20,000 nucleotides of DNA from an uncultured virus (IMG/VR IMGVR_UViG_3300034272_002197) (IMGVR_UViG_3300034272_002197), one strand, 5' to 3'; shown: positions 9,601-16,495, numbered from the stretch's first letter. A program made the numbers and translations. Notes: a model not told the origin generated them from the sequence alone.

Positions 9601-10383
9601 GAATTAACATCAGTTGACGGACAGCGTGCTTTGAATATGGTGCTATCTTCTAACATCACAGCATCAGTTGGGGCTGTATTGAAATTTGACGGTTCTGCTA
9701 GAGTAGATTATGCTGTGTCGGGACCGTTTAGTCAAATTAATGGAAATACAGTTGGAAATGTAAAGCGTTTAGGATTGATTGACGGTATTACCAATTTTGT
9801 AGAAAATGAACTAATTATCTTTGCCAATCAGTCAAATTTTGGTAGCGAATATCTGAATGATGGTTGGATGCTAACAGATGGAATTACCAGTGTACCAGGA
9901 TACCTAGACAAGCTGTCGGGATTGAGCAAGGTAAATCAACGAGGCGGTGTTTGGCAAATGACTTGGCAGGAATTAATACCACTGGGATTTGACAGCCCAG
10001 CTGCTGGATTTGACGAAGCCAGTCCGGGATTTGCATATTCTCGATTTGATCAAGGCGGCGATGCCGAAATCTTGCTAGAGTTCCAAAATGAATGTAATTT
10101 AGCACAGACTGTTAAAGTAAGAACCGGTAAAAGTTATCCTGCAAGTACCTTGCAATATAGGCAGTCTGCCGGTGAAGTAGTTCCAAGATATAGAATATTT
10201 ACAGGATCTTTGGCCAGCGAGGAAACCACATTTGATGGGGGTAGTTGTCAGTGCCGCGAAGGAGATCCTGGAAAAGGCGGTGTACGTGGGGGTACAGCGT
10301 TTAGTAATAACAGAGACAAATATATCATTCCAGAATCTGAGGATAAATATATCAAGTTCCCACAAAATGGAGTATTCGTATAA
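6634..10383 (+). CDS. Large virion structural protein with putative Ig-like (He_PIG-type) repeats, likely a baseplate component
   Basis: Four G.LP.G..L...G.L.G repeats (GELPGGMYITKSGALRGVP, GNLPPGTTLSADGKLSG, LQLGLQINQGTGWLFGTLP, RVPQGLRMLRSGQFVG) followed by Y.FTV.A-type strands. TAATG-coupled to the fibre gene. Confidence 0.7.
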   Translation: MSTITWITKKGDLGTVPESQFFLQQFEAVDSDAQPLFYSFISGELPGGMYITKSGALRGVPTILSSVSQTAIYAFTVRATNPQGRVADRSFSISVSNIAGPQIFPRPNLVGAFFDGEYLEYQFSSINDNPAAVQTWNVLAGNLPPGTTLSADGKLSGYLEVIASNTDLLGFEATGIESVVYDVLPESTDRNYNFTVQVSDGVKFDTLNVRVLVVSKANFTGDNDITLINNTFLTIDQDNRYRPIILNAPDSLPVRVVGDTFAYKFLAYDPEDEDISWKVDELAFSGMDELDGADSQIITGNGTAGPYTLTQSAGASEICVRVNDVLLTPIDDYTTTINQLTFTNYTISSIVRTNDEVVLTTSTPHNFTAGDAVDVYGVPTVALRGRFTITEVVSDYVFKYDQGGTDTSDSSGTVAIRAPNATDVVEVLFIEPTTGFDTIRFDQGAAGLQLGLQINQGTGWLFGTLPEQTEDKKTYEVSIRAYRTLNVDYLSDPVTFNLTVKRTRNEEIIWNTPNDLGYIDNGSISEMTISATNTVGKELEYTLVYEPYRRVPQGLRMLRSGQFVGKVTFRYFSLDSARGFLPMTTVEGIQIGMSVQGVGVAAGCEVTDILENNIIEVRPAIYVVQGSPLTFSNDENTIVINTIANAISTVIDGGGTTFDQDCRFSVKAEAIDKSISSVNNFVVHVRPRNLAPYENLFLKALPKEEQRLALKNILEDQTIVPKDLLYRPDDAFFGLQKNLKFLFLPGLSSSKASTVINSIALNHYTKSLNFGNIRTARAVNNQGTIDYEVVYVDVLDNQQFDGVGPPLSVNLTTKNKFKFGNNEYSTIYPNSFNNMQNRLEVGLGYTNRGALPRWMTSVQEDGRVLGLTRAVVLAYTKPGASKLIAYRLQNSDFKLNSIDFVVDRYQWDNYLSKFYDTDTNRFLPSRDTTFDKYPNLGVGSDVIVGSVIFPITDSNTIVITDNLKIGYGWICFSTDTLSEVQANTAVRSVELTSVDGQRALNMVLSSNITASVGAVLKFDGSARVDYAVSGPFSQINGNTVGNVKRLGLIDGITNFVENELIIFANQSNFGSEYLNDGWMLTDGITSVPGYLDKLSGLSKVNQRGGVWQMTWQELIPLGFDSPAAGFDEASPGFAYSRFDQGGDAEILLEFQNECNLAQTVKVRTGKSYPASTLQYRQSAGEVVPRYRIFTGSLASEETTFDGGSCQCREGDPGKGGVRGGTAFSNNRDKYIIPESEDKYIKFPQNGVFV

Positions 10384-11466
10384 ATGACAAGCCAAGTTAA
10401 TCCAAATAATATTGACGGTACGTATCCGGTAGCAGGCCAAGACAATGACAGCCAAGGTTTCCGTGATAACTTTACCAACATTCGTAATAATTTTACCTAT
10501 GTAAAAGCCGAGATTGAAGACATTCAAAATAAGGCTGTTTTTAAATCTGCACTGAGTAATACTACACTAGAAAATGATCTATTAGGTAATGCTATTGTAG
10601 GTGCAAGTTTCACTGGCTATAGAGAAACATATAATAATATCGGAGCAGTTAGCGGAGCCATTACAGTAGATTTCGCCAACGGAAATTTCCAAAAAATAAC
10701 ACTAGCCGGCGTAACCACTCTTTCATTTACATTTCCTAGTAATGCAGCCAATCAAAACGCTAAAATTACGCTCTGGGTAAGTGTCAGTAATCCATCTCAC
10801 ACACTAACAATACCAGGCGCAGTATCCTTAGGCGATAAAGATACTATAGCAGGTTTGATCTCAAACACAATTACATTTAGTGCAGTTGAATTAGGTAATG
10901 CAACTGATTACTTTTTTGAATTTAGTACAGTAGATTATGGACAAAATATTGCAATCAAAGATCTAACTAGAAACAGAGCTTATAATTTTAGTGGGTTGAC
11001 TGTTTCTGGTGGTAATCTAGTTGCCAATTCGACCACAACAAGCACTTCGGCTACAACTGGAGCACTAGTTGTTAGAGGTGGAGTTGGTGTAGCAGGAAAT
11101 GTATTTGTAAATGGTAATCTAATTGTCAATAGTGGTATTATTAATCCCGATTATTTTATCGCCAATGTAGTCACAGATCAAAATTTATTTGCCAATGTTA
11201 ACTATAATAGATTTATTGCAAACTGCTCACCAACTGGTACAGTTGCCAATTTGTTTATTACCTTGCCAGATTCTGTAGAAGATGGTCGAATGCTCGACCT
11301 TGTATCAACAACTCCAATAACCAGTTGTTTTGTTTCAAATATGACTCCTGGACTAGCATCAGTTTATGGATTAGCTAACAATTGGTCAGCATCAGCAAGT
11401 TTAACCAACTCAGTAGCAATCAGTCTAATGTATAGCGCATCAGTTGCTCGTTGGTTTAAAGTTTAA
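10384..11466 (+). CDS. Virion structural protein (fibre or baseplate-associated)
   Basis: N-terminal YPVAGQDNDSQGFRDNF.NI..NF followed by a short coiled coil. Shares the STSATTGALVVRGGVGVAGNVFV motif with the 4214 gene. Last gene of the structural run; GGAG RBS upstream. Confidence 0.62.
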   Translation: MTSQVNPNNIDGTYPVAGQDNDSQGFRDNFTNIRNNFTYVKAEIEDIQNKAVFKSALSNTTLENDLLGNAIVGASFTGYRETYNNIGAVSGAITVDFANGNFQKITLAGVTTLSFTFPSNAANQNAKITLWVSVSNPSHTLTIPGAVSLGDKDTIAGLISNTITFSAVELGNATDYFFEFSTVDYGQNIAIKDLTRNRAYNFSGLTVSGGNLVANSTTTSTSATTGALVVRGGVGVAGNVFVNGNLIVNSGIINPDYFIANVVTDQNLFANVNYNRFIANCSPTGTVANLFITLPDSVEDGRMLDLVSTTPITSCFVSNMTPGLASVYGLANNWSASASLTNSVAISLMYSASVARWFKV

Positions 11467-11482
11467 AAAATTTATAAAATCA

Positions 11483-11511
11483 TTGACTCCTAGCTTTGCA
11501 TAGTTTATAAT
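11483..11511 (+). promoter_or_regulatory. Sigma70-type promoter
   Basis: TTGACT (11483-11488), 17-bp spacer, TATAAT (11506-11511), with an AT-rich UP-like tract upstream. Confidence 0.85.
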
Positions 11512-11532
11512 TGTGCAAACTAGGAGTTTTTT
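11485..11532 (+). terminator. Intrinsic-terminator-like hairpin ending the structural operon and overlapping the promoter and RBS of the next gene
   Basis: GACTCCTAG-C-TTTGCATA pairs with TGTGCAAA-CTAGGAGTT, followed by a T6 run (11527-11532). Confidence 0.65.
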
Positions 11533-11967
11533 ATGACTGTAGATTTAAATAGATATTCAGTTTTTGTGGAAGCCGTAACTTCGCGTCCTTCGAACGACTT
11601 GACCACTTTTATGAATCGTTTGGATGAACTAGACGCTAATTTTGATTACGAACAAGACAAACATGGCCCAGATATCAATGTGCCATTGTTATTAACCGCA
11701 GCATTAGGACTGGCAGCAGAAACTGGAGAGTTTTGTGAAATCCCAAAGAAAATGTATTTCCAAGGTAAACCACTAACTGAAGAAAATGTATTTCATATGA
11801 AGCGCGAGCTAGGCGATATCATGTGGTATTGGATTAATGCTTGTAGAGCACTTGGTCTAAATCCAAATGATGTCATTGAGGAAAACGTAAATAAATTAAA
11901 AGCCAGATATCCAGGAGGAGAATTTGATGTACACTACTCCGAAAATAGACACGCTGGAGATCTATAG
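11533..11967 (+). CDS. mazG: MazG-like nucleoside triphosphate pyrophosphohydrolase
   Basis: AALGLAAETGEFCEIPKK...KRELGDIMWY...NVNKLKARYP fits the ExxE...ExGD all-alpha NTP-PPase pattern. AGGAG RBS upstream. Confidence 0.88.
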   Translation: MTVDLNRYSVFVEAVTSRPSNDLTTFMNRLDELDANFDYEQDKHGPDINVPLLLTAALGLAAETGEFCEIPKKMYFQGKPLTEENVFHMKRELGDIMWYWINACRALGLNPNDVIEENVNKLKARYPGGEFDVHYSENRHAGDL

Positions 11968-12038
11968 TGCTTGCCTGGGTCGACGATTTTCCTCCTTTGA
12001 ATTTATGGAATTGGCCCAGTTTCAATTTAGGAGATGTT

Positions 12039-12278
12039 ATGCACCCACTTGTTCCGAACTTGTCTGATCTTTCAAATGAAGATTTACACAAAAAATATAA
12101 CGAGTTAATGACAAAAATGAATCAAGCTTATCGTTTTGGTCCAACTAGTATTATTCCGCAGATGCAAATGATACTAGAAAATTACAAGCACGAAATGGAT
12201 ACACGTAATAGAAAGACTCTCGAAGAAATGGAAGCCAAAAACGATAAATTCAAAGGGTTAATTGATATTAAAAAATGA
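12039..12278 (+). CDS. Hypothetical helical protein (79 aa)
   Basis: ATG at 12039 is preceded by AGGAGA. Preferred over the GTG at 11967 given in the ORF track. Its stop overlaps the next gene (ATGA). Confidence 0.75.
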   Translation: MHPLVPNLSDLSNEDLHKKYNELMTKMNQAYRFGPTSIIPQMQMILENYKHEMDTRNRKTLEEMEAKNDKFKGLIDIKK

Positions 12279-12787
12279 AGATTGATCAATACGGTGTAGT
12301 TCATTCTTCCAGTGATGAATTGTTCGAACTTCTCTATCTGAATCCTGACATAGATCTTTCGAATGTGTTTGTAGATGATCCTGACAGGTATAACAATGCT
12401 GTAAAAGATTTTTATGCAGACTTACCAAAGCTCAGAGAGTACAGTTTACAATCAACGGACATAGAAACATTTGATAGAGAAAATCAATCTAAATGGTCAA
12501 TGCCCGACGAATATTGCAACATGGACATAGCCAACTGGCTATTGGCTCAATGCAAAACACAAGAAGAACTGCAACGAGTAGGCAAAGAATTGCTGCTGTA
12601 CCAAGAAAGAGATTTATTTCCGTTACTAAAACAATTAAAATATATTGTTGATATGTGGCGGAAAAATAACATAGTATGGGGAGTCGGTAGAGGATCCAGT
12701 GTTGCAAGTTATATTCTATATTTAATTGGAGTACACAGAATTAACAGTATGTATTATGATTTAGATATAGAAGAATTCTTACGATAA
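12275..12787 (+). CDS. dnaE: DNA polymerase III alpha (DnaE)-like N-terminal palm fragment (split or partial enzyme)
   Basis: RVGKELLLY...LKYIVDMWRKNNIVWGVGRGSSVASYILYLIGVHRINSMYYDLDIEEFLR aligns by eye with DnaE RL..EL..I...VG.GRGS.AGSLVAY.L.IT..DP....L.FERFL. Only 170 aa long. Confidence 0.85.
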   Translation: MKIDQYGVVHSSSDELFELLYLNPDIDLSNVFVDDPDRYNNAVKDFYADLPKLREYSLQSTDIETFDRENQSKWSMPDEYCNMDIANWLLAQCKTQEELQRVGKELLLYQERDLFPLLKQLKYIVDMWRKNNIVWGVGRGSSVASYILYLIGVHRINSMYYDLDIEEFLR

Positions 12788-12790
12788 ATA
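12785..12790 (+). promoter_or_regulatory. Putative late promoter core (TAAATA)
   Basis: ATAAATA overlaps the dnaE-fragment stop and is followed by AAGGAGA and the ATG at 12810. Confidence 0.55.
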
Positions 12791-12809
12791 CCCGCACAAG
12801 GAGACATTA

Positions 12810-13220
12810 ATGAATAAAAGAGTTTACACTTCAGCAAATGGTAGACGAATTAATATAGATGCAATTATTGCTCAAAACGAAAGCACAATTGCAGTTGGTA
12901 ATATGAAAGTAAATGCTCGTGGTGATCAATTAGGCCCTGGTGGCAAAGTAGAACTAACTAGGGATAAAGTTATGCAAGATCATTATAAAATGAATACTCC
13001 GTTGGCTGTAGATGAGCCACCGCAGCCAAGAAAGCGTGAAGTAAAAAAAGATCTAGTCGACGAGTGGGTAGAACCAATTCAACCAGAACCAGAACTACCA
13101 GTAGCAGAAGCTTCATCGACACCTCAGCCCAAACTGAGAGGAAGTCTAGCAGACTCAATCGCAAAAAATCAACCAACTACAAAAGTACCTGTAAAACGTT
13201 CAGGTCCTTCAAGAATTTAA
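12810..13220 (+). CDS. Hypothetical phage protein
   Basis: Clean ORF with a strong RBS. Compact N-terminus (AVGNMKVNARGDQLGPGG) and Pro/Glu/Lys-rich, probably disordered, C-terminus. Confidence 0.8.
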   Translation: MNKRVYTSANGRRINIDAIIAQNESTIAVGNMKVNARGDQLGPGGKVELTRDKVMQDHYKMNTPLAVDEPPQPRKREVKKDLVDEWVEPIQPEPELPVAEASSTPQPKLRGSLADSIAKNQPTTKVPVKRSGPSRI

Positions 13221-13229
13221 GGAATTAAC

Positions 13230-13652
13230 ATGGCAGTCTCGAATCCGTTTGATCAAAAACGTGGATATCAATTTGAAATAGAAATTGACGGTGAAATCAA
13301 ACCATTACGTGACAGTGTTATTGTCACCGAAATGGACTTTAGTGGTAGGAAATTAGCTAGTGGAGTAATATTACTTGGTGACGACGGTAAAACAGACGGT
13401 ATTCGTCCGCGATGGGCAAGAGTATATGCTATTGGGCCAGAACAACGCGACGTTAGTGTGGGTCAATGGGTGCTTATTGAACACGGAAGATGGAGCAGAG
13501 GTCTTAGAATTGTTAAAGACGGAGAAGAAATCGTCATACGTCGTGCGGATCCTAACGCAATTATTTTTGCCGCAGACACACAACCGGACGACATAAACAC
13601 CATTTCAACCGCAGTACATGCCGAACGAAAAAGTCGCGAACAGTACGAATGA
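13230..13652 (+). CDS. groES: GroES-like co-chaperonin
   Basis: IKPLRDSVIV...LASGVILL...ARVYAIGP...VSVGQWVL follows the Cpn10 pattern PL.DRV.V...SGI.L...V.AVG.G...V.VGD.V. AAGGA RBS upstream. Confidence 0.85.
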   Translation: MAVSNPFDQKRGYQFEIEIDGEIKPLRDSVIVTEMDFSGRKLASGVILLGDDGKTDGIRPRWARVYAIGPEQRDVSVGQWVLIEHGRWSRGLRIVKDGEEIVIRRADPNAIIFAADTQPDDINTISTAVHAERKSREQYE

Positions 13653-13879
13653 TCAAACACTGGAATGTTGAGAACATAATCAATCAACTGCATTCCTGTG
13701 GCCATGCAATGAATGATCCACGCATGGACGGTTTTGTGACGTGGGGTTGCAAACAAGATCTATACACAATCAAATTTATCTTGGACGATATACTAGAAAA
13801 TTCCCCTACTTATTCTGTAGAAAAAGAATGGCTAGAAGAACGTGCTAAAGAAAAGACCTGGAAAATTATTTCAAAATGA
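13649..13879 (+). CDS. Hypothetical protein (76 aa)
   Basis: ATGA overlaps at both ends and exactly fills the gap between neighbours. Confidence 0.75.
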   Translation: MIKHWNVENIINQLHSCGHAMNDPRMDGFVTWGCKQDLYTIKFILDDILENSPTYSVEKEWLEERAKEKTWKIISK

Positions 13880-14667
13880 ATCAAACATCTATCAAATTAC
13901 GCAACGGGTACAGACTTGAGTTACCCGACGGTGAAAACTGTTATTGGTTTGAAATGGATCATCCTAGAGAAAAGGTACCTGATTTTAAAACCATTTACGA
14001 TTACTACATCGAAAAGAACTATTGGAAATTGTGGATCAAACCCGGAATGACCTGTATCGACATCGGAGGCCATAGCGGTGATACTGCTATCCCAATGATG
14101 AGTCAATGCAGAGCCACTGTTTTATCTGTAGAGCCCAATCCTGTTATCAGTCCCTATTTAGAATTTAATTGCAGCGTTAACAGTCATCTAGGACGATTCG
14201 TTATTGCACACGAAGCAGTTACAAATAAAACTGCCGACAATCTCACTTTTAAAGATCATCAAAACAGTATGTGCAACGGTGGCCTAGTTGGTGAAACTTG
14301 GGATGCCGAAACCGCAGCTAGAGTAGCAGGAATGAGTGGAGACAGTATCACAGTGTCTGGAATGACTTTGGAAGATATGTGCAAAAAGTACCTTAGTCCA
14401 GACGAGATTGCAAATATTGGATTTATTAAAACAGATACTGAAGGACATGATATAGAAATCATTAGGAGTTCGCGTGATATTCTAGTAAAATATAAACCTG
14501 TGTTATTCACTGAGTGGTTTGTTGCGTATTCACAAGCCGACACAGACGAACTATTCCGAGTAATTGACCAAGCCGGATATGTTGCATTTTATCCAGACAC
14601 AATGAAAGAAGCCGATCCCAGCGTTCGTAGCGAAGACTTAATCTGCTTACATCGAGACAATATATGA
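13876..14667 (+). CDS. FkbM-family SAM-dependent methyltransferase
   Basis: CIDIGGHSGD (motif I), VLSVEPNP, and FIKTDTEGHDIEII (FkbM KIDVEG.E motif) followed by KPVLFTE. Confidence 0.88.
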   Translation: MNQTSIKLRNGYRLELPDGENCYWFEMDHPREKVPDFKTIYDYYIEKNYWKLWIKPGMTCIDIGGHSGDTAIPMMSQCRATVLSVEPNPVISPYLEFNCSVNSHLGRFVIAHEAVTNKTADNLTFKDHQNSMCNGGLVGETWDAETAARVAGMSGDSITVSGMTLEDMCKKYLSPDEIANIGFIKTDTEGHDIEIIRSSRDILVKYKPVLFTEWFVAYSQADTDELFRVIDQAGYVAFYPDTMKEADPSVRSEDLICLHRDNI

Positions 14668-15584
14668 AAGAACTTTGGACTGAAAAATATCGCCCACAAA
14701 CATTAGATGGGTATGTATTCACTGACCCTGCACAACGAGAGCAAATCGAATATTTTATTCGAGAAAAAAGTATTCCACATTTACTTTTTAACGGACCGGC
14801 CGGTACAGGTAAAACAACTCTAGCTAAAATTTTAGTAAACAGTTTAGACATTGACCCATACGATTTTTTGCAGGTCAATGCCAGTAGAGATAATGGCGTT
14901 GATTTTCTCAAGAACAAAATTGAAGGTTTTGTTAGCACCATGCCGTTTGGTGATTTAAAGATTGTATTACTAGACGAAGCTGATTATTTGAGTCATAATG
15001 CACAGGCTATCTTGCGCGGATTGATGGAAACTTATGCCAGTCAAGCTAGATTTATTCTTACGTGTAATCTAGCACATAAAATTATTAATCCGCTCAAAAG
15101 TCGTTGTCAACAGTTTGTTATTGACAAAACAGATTCAACTGAATTTACCACAAGAGTGGCCACTGTGTTAATTACAGAAGGAGTAGAATTCGACATCGAC
15201 ACCCTAGACAGTTATGTCAAAGCCACTTATCCAGATTTACGCAAGTGTTTAAACTTATTGCAAAGCAATAGTGTAAGTGGCAAGTTGTCTATATCCAAAA
15301 GCAGCGATTCGGGTACTACAGACTACAAACTAGATGTAGTAAACTTATTCAAGCAAGGAAAGATACGCGAAGCAAGAACATTATTTTGCTCACATACTTC
15401 TGCTGATGAATGTGAGAACGCATTTACCTGGATGCATCAAAATTTAGATTTGTGGTCAAGTACCCTTGAAGGTCAAGACGAAGCAATTAAAATTATACGT
15501 AAAGGTGCAGCTACACATTCATTAGTAGCAGATCATGAAATCAATCTTTCAGCAACATTTGTAGAACTCAGTCAAATATCATGA
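14664..15584 (+). CDS. Sliding-clamp loader AAA+ subunit (RFC small subunit / T4 gp44-like)
   Basis: LWTEKYRPQTL, PHLLFNGPAGTGKTT (Walker A), NASRDNG, IVLLDEADYL (Walker B), FILTCN, and the SRC motif (LKSRCQ). Confidence 0.95.
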   Translation: MKELWTEKYRPQTLDGYVFTDPAQREQIEYFIREKSIPHLLFNGPAGTGKTTLAKILVNSLDIDPYDFLQVNASRDNGVDFLKNKIEGFVSTMPFGDLKIVLLDEADYLSHNAQAILRGLMETYASQARFILTCNLAHKIINPLKSRCQQFVIDKTDSTEFTTRVATVLITEGVEFDIDTLDSYVKATYPDLRKCLNLLQSNSVSGKLSISKSSDSGTTDYKLDVVNLFKQGKIREARTLFCSHTSADECENAFTWMHQNLDLWSSTLEGQDEAIKIIRKGAATHSLVADHEINLSATFVELSQIS

Positions 15585-15958
15585 AAAAACAAAACATTTA
15601 TCTTGTAGCACACTACGTGACTAGACCACGAGATCCAAAGAAAACACACATACCAGGCTATATGAAAGATCCTGCCAATCATCAATATGACGAACAGGTT
15701 CAAATCAGTACAAGATTACGTAAACAAGATGTTAATGCTAAAATTATTATTAATCTTACTGATAAAAAAGTTGAACAGAATAGCTTTAATGGTAAAAAAG
15801 ACTTTGACGAACTATTTAAATATTTTTTCAAAGGGTATCACAAGTATGTGACCGAAGTAATGTCCAAGCTTGATCCAGAATATTTTAATCAAATGTTAGA
15901 TGAAATGCAAGCAGAATTAGACAAGGAAAAAGTCAATGAAGAAGTTCCGGCTGAGTGA
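15581..15958 (+). CDS. Hypothetical protein
   Basis: ATGA-coupled ORF in the operon; no recognisable motif. Confidence 0.75.
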   Translation: MKKQNIYLVAHYVTRPRDPKKTHIPGYMKDPANHQYDEQVQISTRLRKQDVNAKIIINLTDKKVEQNSFNGKKDFDELFKYFFKGYHKYVTEVMSKLDPEYFNQMLDEMQAELDKEKVNEEVPAE

Positions 15959-16259
15959 ATCTGGTGCTAGAGGTTGGTTTATTGGAGACTTTCCTGAAGC
16001 TGTAATACGTACAAAGGATTTTGAAGTTTGTTGGCAAGCTAATCCTGCTGGCGCAGTTGATACTCCGCACATGCACAAAGTTATTACTGAAGTTCAACTT
16101 ATTACCAAAGGACGTATAGTAATCAACGGTGAGGAATTTGGACCTGGGGATATCTATGTCAGCCAGCCCGGGGAAGAATATAGAGCATACTACACAGAAG
16201 ACACTGAAGTAGTTGCTATCAAGTTTCCTAGCGTCCCTGGCGATAAATATTATATATGA
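15936..16259 (+). CDS. Cupin (RmlC-like) domain protein
   Basis: PHMHKVITEVQLITKGRIVINGEEFGPGDIYVSQPGE matches the cupin HxH...E...G motif 1 and GD....PG motif 2. AAGGA upstream. Confidence 0.8.
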   Translation: MKKFRLSESGARGWFIGDFPEAVIRTKDFEVCWQANPAGAVDTPHMHKVITEVQLITKGRIVINGEEFGPGDIYVSQPGEEYRAYYTEDTEVVAIKFPSVPGDKYYI

Positions 16260-16495
16260 GCAATATCTTCAAAGCAATGAAAGCAAAAAAGAAACGGGCA
16301 GTGGACCCTAATGCTCCGCCGCGTCCTAATCTAATGACTCATGAAGTTAAACTCAAAGAACAAAAACAAGATTTTCAAACTTTGGTAAACATAGTACAGC
16401 AACAAGAAGAAAAAATTAGACGATTAGAATCTAAATTAAATTACCAAACGAATTATCTACAAACCCTGCATCATAAAATTTCAAACAACAAATGA
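16256..16495 (+). CDS. Small basic coiled-coil protein, hypothetical
   Basis: ATGA overlaps at both ends. Lys-rich N-terminus and heptad-like C-terminus. TAAATA at 16244-16249 lies just upstream. Confidence 0.72.
   Translation: MSNIFKAMKAKKKRAVDPNAPPRPNLMTHEVKLKEQKQDFQTLVNIVQQQEEKIRRLESKLNYQTNYLQTLHHKISNNK

Noticed and set aside
1098..10527. Many minus-strand ORFs antisense to the structural genes, and 125-472 antisense to erpA
   Set aside because: They are shadow ORFs of long, codon-biased plus-strand genes, with no RBS or motif support.
11975..12033. preQ1-I riboswitch call
   Set aside because: Only the stem sequence resembles it. The loop is too long, the A-rich 3' tail is missing, and no queuosine genes are nearby.
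11967..12038. GTG-start N-terminal extension given in the ORF track
   Set aside because: ATG 12039 has a strong AGGAGA RBS and the extension region looks like structured RNA. Not fully excluded, because TAGTG coupling is possible.
12770..12830. Frameshift, intron or intein continuing the DnaE fragment
   Set aside because: The downstream sequence has no PDxDxD in the frames I read and no intein or intron hallmarks, and it carries its own RBS and an unrelated ORF.
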